Source: Octopus sinensis (taxonomy: Eukaryota). From it: a DNA stretch of 64,000 nucleotides. Below are positions 58,319 to 64,000 of this stretch, one piece after another (positions within the stretch are counted from its first letter, which is position 1; the number at the start of each line of letters is the position of its first letter). The position numbers and the translations under genes were made by a program. The notes below the pieces were generated by a model, which was not told the origin of the DNA, searched no databases, and was given only the letters and a program-made list of their open reading frames with translations. The stretch is from contig NW_021832282.1 of assembly GCF_006345805.1 (NCBI RefSeq), forward strand, positions 1 through 64,000. The letters run 5' to 3'.

Positions 58319-58742
58319 TCAGGAGTGGCTGTGTGGTAAGTAGCTTGCTAACCAACCACATGGTTCCGGGTTCAGTCCCACTGCGTGGCATCTTGGGCAA
58401 GTGTCTTCTGCTATAGCCCCGGGCTGACCAAAGCCTTGTGAGTGGATTTGGTAGACGGAAACTGAAAGAAGCCTATCGTATATATGTATATATATATATA
58501 TATGTATGTATGTGTATGTATATGTATGCGTGTGTCTGTGTTTGTCCCCCTAGCGTTGCTTGACAACCGATGCTGGTGTGTTTATGTCCCCGTCACTTAG
58601 CGGTTCGGCAAAAGAGAGACCGATAGAATAAGTACTAGGCTTACAAAGAATAAGTCCCGGGATCGATTTGCTCGACTAAAGGCGGTGCTCCAGCATGGCC
58701 GCAGTCAAATGACTGAAACAAGTAAAAGAGTAAAGAGTAAGA
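58319..58742 (+). mobile_element. SINE A
   Basis: Matches family consensus. Confidence 0.9.
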
Positions 58743-58911
58743 GTAATATACCATTAAATGTATAGCTTTCTTTCGATATAACTCGACAAAATCAAAACAT
58801 TTCAATTCGGGTATTTCCGCGGAAGCAGATAACAGTTCGATTCTGTTTTCCGCTTGGAAATTTGCAGATTTTACATACACAAACGAAACGGGTAAGAACA
58901 AATATGCAAGG

Positions 58912-59301
58912 CTTTTCGGTTTTTTCTAGCGGTGTCATATGAAATTGTCACCCCTAATTATGACCCTAGTATCGATCTATTGCATTTCAATCTGTTTTAG
59001 GGTTAGGGGTGAGGGGAAGAGTATCTTTTATTTCTTCGCAAATGTAAATACACCCAATTTGTTTCTTAAACGAGGGACATATTCATACGGCCCAGAATGT
59101 TTTTTTTAACTCAATAGACGTCATTGATTGGTTGAAACTGAAGAAAATAAACAACAAATATCTTACAAACTATAGAATTTTCTCAATAAAGCCAAGAGAA
59201 AAAGATGTTTTATAAACACATTCTACCAGTATACGAAGTTTAAAAGTGTTTAGTTACGTGGAAATTATTTTTAAAAACTGCCGGTCAAACCGAAAAGATC
59301 C
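58912..59301 (-). mobile_element. Same MITE, inverted, one TIR partly deleted
   Basis: TIR ends at 59301. Confidence 0.8.
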
Positions 59302-60037
59302 GTTTTTTTTTCTTCAAGTTTAAAATGAGACATTGCTGGTATAATTTCGTTGTATCTATACTCCACAACCCACGGAAATTCCAGAAGTGAAATGTTTTGA
59401 TTTTGTCGAGTTGTAATCGAAAGAATGCCAAATGCGTTAATAGGGAGAAAGATATTGAGAAAGATCAATACGTAAGTAATAGGACAAACAAACAAGGAGG
59501 GTATGGAGTAGTCGTGAAATATGCTAAAAATAACAGCCAAATACCAATTAAATCACAAAAATAAAAAATCTTTTTTTTTAGGTTTTTGCATAGTCGTAAG
59601 ATTTCTCGTGAATAGAACACAAATTCTGGCAATTCGAGTTATATCGAAAGAATGCCATTCTGGCAACGTTTCGATTATGGTCTCAATCTTGACATTTATT
59701 GCCCAAATTCGTAAAAACTTTCTGAAAATTCCCCAAAATAAAAAAAAGTTATGAAGGCCTCTACGCTTTGCGTAAAGAATTCCGCCAAAAAAAGTTTTCA
59801 TTTATCGATGTCCACTTTAATTTTTACTAAATAATATAGATTTATATATCTTACCTGTTGTTATTACTATATAACAAGTAACTATGGTGAAATATCTTTT
59901 ATTACGCCAAATATCTTTTCCAACATCACAAAATACACGCACCAGCAAAATATTCCTTTGTGTAAATTAACGCCAAGACAATAAAAATTTATAAAAACCG
60001 ACTCGGAAAGCGAAATGGTGAAATGTATTTAGTTTCG

Positions 60038-60096
<59 letters not shown>

Positions 60097-60289
60097 AAAT
60101 TATGAGGGAGATAAATTGAATATTAATTTAATTAACATCAATTTAAAACCAGTAGCCTAGCATACAAAAATCTGAAAAATCAGAGAAAACATTCTTTTCT
60201 TTGTAGCTTGATCGTAGGTGATCTACTTCTAGCATACGGCCGACCACCTAGTGGTTTGCCCTCCAAATATACATATATATATTCTTTTC

Positions 60290-60672
60290 TTTTACTCTTT
60301 TACTTGTTTCAGTCATTTGACTGCGGCCATGCTGGAGCACCGCCTTTAATCGAGCAAATCGACCCCGGGACTTATTCTTTTGTAAGCCCAGTACTTATTC
60401 TATCGGTCTCTCTTTTGCCGAACCGCTAAGTAACGGGGACATAAACACACCAGCATCGGTTGTCAAGCAATGCTAGGGGGACAAACACAGACACACAAAC
60501 ACATATATACGACGGGCTTCTTTCAGTTTCCGTCTACCAAATCCACCCACAAGACTTTGGTCGGCCCGAGGCTATAGTAGAAGACACTTGCCCAAGGTGC
60601 CACGCAGTAGGACTGAACCCGGAACCCTGTAGTTGGTAAGCAAGCTACTTACCACACAGCCACTCCTGCGCC
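60290..60672 (-). mobile_element. SINE A
   Basis: Matches family consensus. Confidence 0.9.
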
Positions 60673-60704
60673 TATATATATAAAATTTCACTTATTAAAA
60701 ATAA

Positions 60705-60767
<63 letters not shown>

Positions 60768-60895
60768 AAAACTTTTTATTTCTTTTCTTTTATCTATGGA
60801 TCCCTTTGATTTCTATTATATTCTGGTGGACATCCATAGCCATTCAATGTTTAAAAACTAGTTTTATAGAAGCTTCTTTCAAAATTTCTGTTTTG

Positions 60896-61316
60896 GGATC
60901 TTTTCGGTTTGACCGGCAGTTTTTAAAAATAATTTCCACGTAACTAAACACTTTTAAACTTCGTATACTGGTAGAATGTGTTTATAAAACATCTTTTTCT
61001 CTTGGCTTTATTGAGAAAATTGTATAATTTGTAAGATATTTGTTGTTGTTTTTTCTTCAATTTCTGCAATTTCAAATAATCAATGACGTCTATTGAGGTA
61101 AAAAAACATTCTGTGCCGTATGAATATGTTCCTCGTTTAAGAAACAGACTGGGTTTATTTACATTTCTGAAGAAAAAAAAAAAAGATACACTTCCCCCCC
61201 AACCACTAACCCTAAAACAGATTAAAATGCAATAGATCGATACTAGGGTCATAATTATGGGTGACAATTTCATATGACACCGCTAGAAAAAACTGCCGTT
61301 CAAACCGAAAAGATCC
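60896..61316 (+). mobile_element. Same MITE, complete, flanked by 42-bp direct repeats
   Basis: Both TIRs present; direct repeats at 60854-60895 and 61317-61358. Confidence 0.85.
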
Positions 61317-61369
61317 AAAACTAGTTTTATAGAAGCTTCTTTCAAAATTTCTGTTTTGTTTTTCACATA

Positions 61370-61905
61370 GGCGCAGGAGTGGCTGTGTGGTAAGTAGCTT
61401 GCTAACCAACCACATGGTTCCGGGTTCAGTCCCACTGCGTGGCATCTTGGGCGAGTGTCTTCTGCTATAGCCTCGGGCCGACCAATGCCTTGTGAGTGGA
61501 TTTGGTAGACGGAAACTGAAAGAAGCCTGTCGTATATATGTATATATATATATATATATGTGTGTGTGTTTGTCCCCCTAGCATTGCTTGACAACCGATG
61601 CTGGTGTGTTTACGTCCCCGTTACTTAGCGGTTCGGCAAAAAAGAGACCGATAGAATAAGTACTGGGCTTACAAAAAGAATAAGTCCCGAGGTCGATTTG
61701 CTCGACTAAAGGCGGTGCTCCAGCATGGCCGCAGTCAAATGACTGAAACAAGTAAAAAGTAAACTTAGCGGTTTGGCAAAAGAGACTGATAGAATATGTA
61801 CTGGGCTTACAAAGAATAAGTCCTGGGTTCGATTTGCTCGACTAAAGGCGGTGCTCCAGCATGGCCGCAGTCAAATGACTGAAACAAGTAAAAGAGAGTA
61901 AAGAG
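61370..61905 (+). mobile_element. SINE A with duplicated 3' segment
   Basis: Second tail at about 61770-61905. Confidence 0.9.
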
Positions 61906-62104
61906 TATATTAACTTGTGTTGATTGAACTACGTAAAATGTTAGAGAAAGAATCGTGGCTGTTTCTTGCAATACACACCAATGCAGACATCTTAAGCAAA
62001 ATTTTTCCAGGGGCCCTTAAAATACTATTGTGAATCCCCAATTTATATGGACCCTCAGAGGTCATATGAACGACCCGGTTAAGAGCTATTGCTGTGTTTG
62101 CATA

Positions 62105-62735
62105 AGGCGGCGAGCTGGCAGAATCGTTAGCACGCCGGGCGAAATGCGTAGCCGTATTTCGTCTGCCACTACGTTCTGAGTTCAAATTCCGCCGAGGTCG
62201 ACTTTGCCTTTCATCCTTTCGGGGTCGATAAATTAAGTACCAGTTACGCACTGGGGTCGATGTAATCGACTTAATACCTATGTCTGTCCTTGTTTGTCCT
62301 CTCTGTGTTTAGTCCCTTGAGGGCAATAAAGAAATAGGTATTTCGTCTGCCGATACGTTCTGGGTTCAAATTCTTCCGAGGTCGACTTTACCTTTCATCC
62401 TTTCGGGGTCGATAAATTAAGTACCAGTTACGCACTGGAGTCGATATAATCGACTTAATCCGTTTGTCTGTCCTTGTTTGTCCCCTCTATGTTTAGCCCC
62501 TTGAGGGTAGTAAAGAAATAGGTATTTCGTCTGCCGTTGCGTTCTGAGTTCAAATTCTGCCGAGGTCGACTTTGCCTTTCATCCTTTCGGGGTCGATTAA
62601 ATAAGTTCCAGTTACGCTCTCGGATCGACATAATCCGTTTGTCTGTCCTTGTTTGTCCTCTCTGTGTTTAGCCCCTTGTGGGTAGTAAAGAAATAGGTAT
62701 TTCGTCTGTCGTTACGTTCTGACTTCAAATTCCGA
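62105..62735 (+). mobile_element. Tandem SINE E array
   Basis: One head followed by 3 units joined at GTATTTCGTCTG. Confidence 0.85.
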
Positions 62736-62774
62736 AAAGATCCTTTTTTTTCATTTATTTACCATGGGTTGGTT

Positions 62775-63157
62775 GGAAGCACTCCGTCGGTTACGACGAT
62801 GAGAGTTCCGGTTGATCCGACCAACGGAACAGCCTGCTCGTGAAATTAACGTGTAAGTGGCTGAGCACTCCACAGACATGTGTACCCTTAACGTAGTTCT
62901 CGGGGATATTCAGCGTGACACAGAGAGTGACAAGGCCGGCCCTTTGAAATACAGATACAACAGAAATAGGAAGTAAGAGTGAGAGAAAGTTGTGGTGAAA
63001 GAGTACAGCAGGGATCACCACCATCCCCTGCCGGAGCCTCGTGGAGCTTTTAGGTGTTTTCGCTCAATAAACACTCACAACGCCCGGTCTGAAAATCGAA
63101 ACCGCGATCCCACGACCGCGAGTCCGCTGCCCTAACCACTGGGCCATTGCGCCTCCA
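62775..63157 (-). mobile_element. SINE family B
   Basis: Reverse complement of 3614-3997; TSD taccatgggt. Confidence 0.9.
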
Positions 63158-63439
63158 TACCATGGGTAATATACAGTTGACTGAACAAATTGATGAAAAT
63201 TGAAACCTTTTCTGAATGTACTAAATTACATTAGGGACTTATAACTTATGGCACCGGCACCATCGAAAGCTACGTGTACAAGAGTCGGTGCTCCACCCCC
63301 TTCATCCTGAAATAATTTAAATACATCGTCAAGGGGTCGTTTTCTTGATTCCCACAAGACCAGGAACAGAGGAACTGGTGTTTCAATCCCTACAAGAAGA
63401 TTAAACGAGTAAATAACGTTTCGGGACCTTCTTGAGGTC

Positions 63440-64000
63440 TCACTTGATCGTCAAATATATTTCTTTACTACCAATAAGGGGCTAAACACAGAGGGAACAA
63501 ACAAGGACAGACAAAAGGATTAAGTCGATTATATCAACCCCAGTGCGTAACTGGTACTTAGTTTATCGACCCCGAAAGGATGAAAGGCAAAGTCGACCTC
63601 GGCGGAATTTGAACTCAGAACGTATCGGTAGACGAAATACCTATTTCTTTATTGCCCTCAAGGGACTAAACACAGAGAGGACAGACATAGTTATTAAGTC
63701 GATTACATTGACCCCAGTGCGTAACTGGTACTTAATCGACCCCGAAAGGATGAAAGGCAACGTCGACCTCGGCAGAATTTGAACTCAGAACGTAACGGCA
63801 GACGAAATAACCTATTTCTTTATTGCCCTCAGGGGACTAAACACAGAGAGGACAAACAAGGACAGTCATAGGTATTAAGTCGATTACATTGACCCCAGTG
63901 CGTAACTGGTACTTAATTTATCGACCCCGAAAGGATGAAAGGCAACGTCTACCTCGGCGGAATTTGAACTCAGAACGTATCGGCAGACGAAATACCTATT
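63440..64000 (-). mobile_element. Tandem SINE E array (runs off the window)
   Basis: Three units, inverted relative to 62105-62735. Confidence 0.85.

Overview
AT-rich, repeat-dense eukaryotic DNA, most likely from an octopus or other coleoid cephalopod. This is inferred from the SINE families and the C2H2 zinc-finger cluster; no database search was possible. Three protein-coding genes are supported. The first is a 711-aa single-exon ORF (8883-11018, +) with a helical N-terminus and two tandem NHL-like beta-propeller regions. Behind it lies a reconstructable, decayed third propeller (three stops, two frameshifts, three TE insertions) running to 12984. The other two are convergent poly-C2H2 zinc-finger genes: 18 fingers at 35953-37530 (+) and 26 fingers at 49908-52295 (-). 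Both have abortive duplicates of their own start-codon region upstream and an eroded last finger, and the second has a 1.6-kb 20-mer minisatellite about 42 bp before its ATG. The rest is tRNA-derived SINEs, CR1/RTE LINE fragments, a mariner relic, MITEs and micro/minisatellites. It also holds a 292-bp tandem array built from a LINE 3' end, five long palindromes, and four type I hammerhead ribozyme motifs (two look potentially functional). Nearly all short ORFs in the track are translations of simple repeats or TEs. Coordinates were counted by hand; repeat boundaries are approximate.
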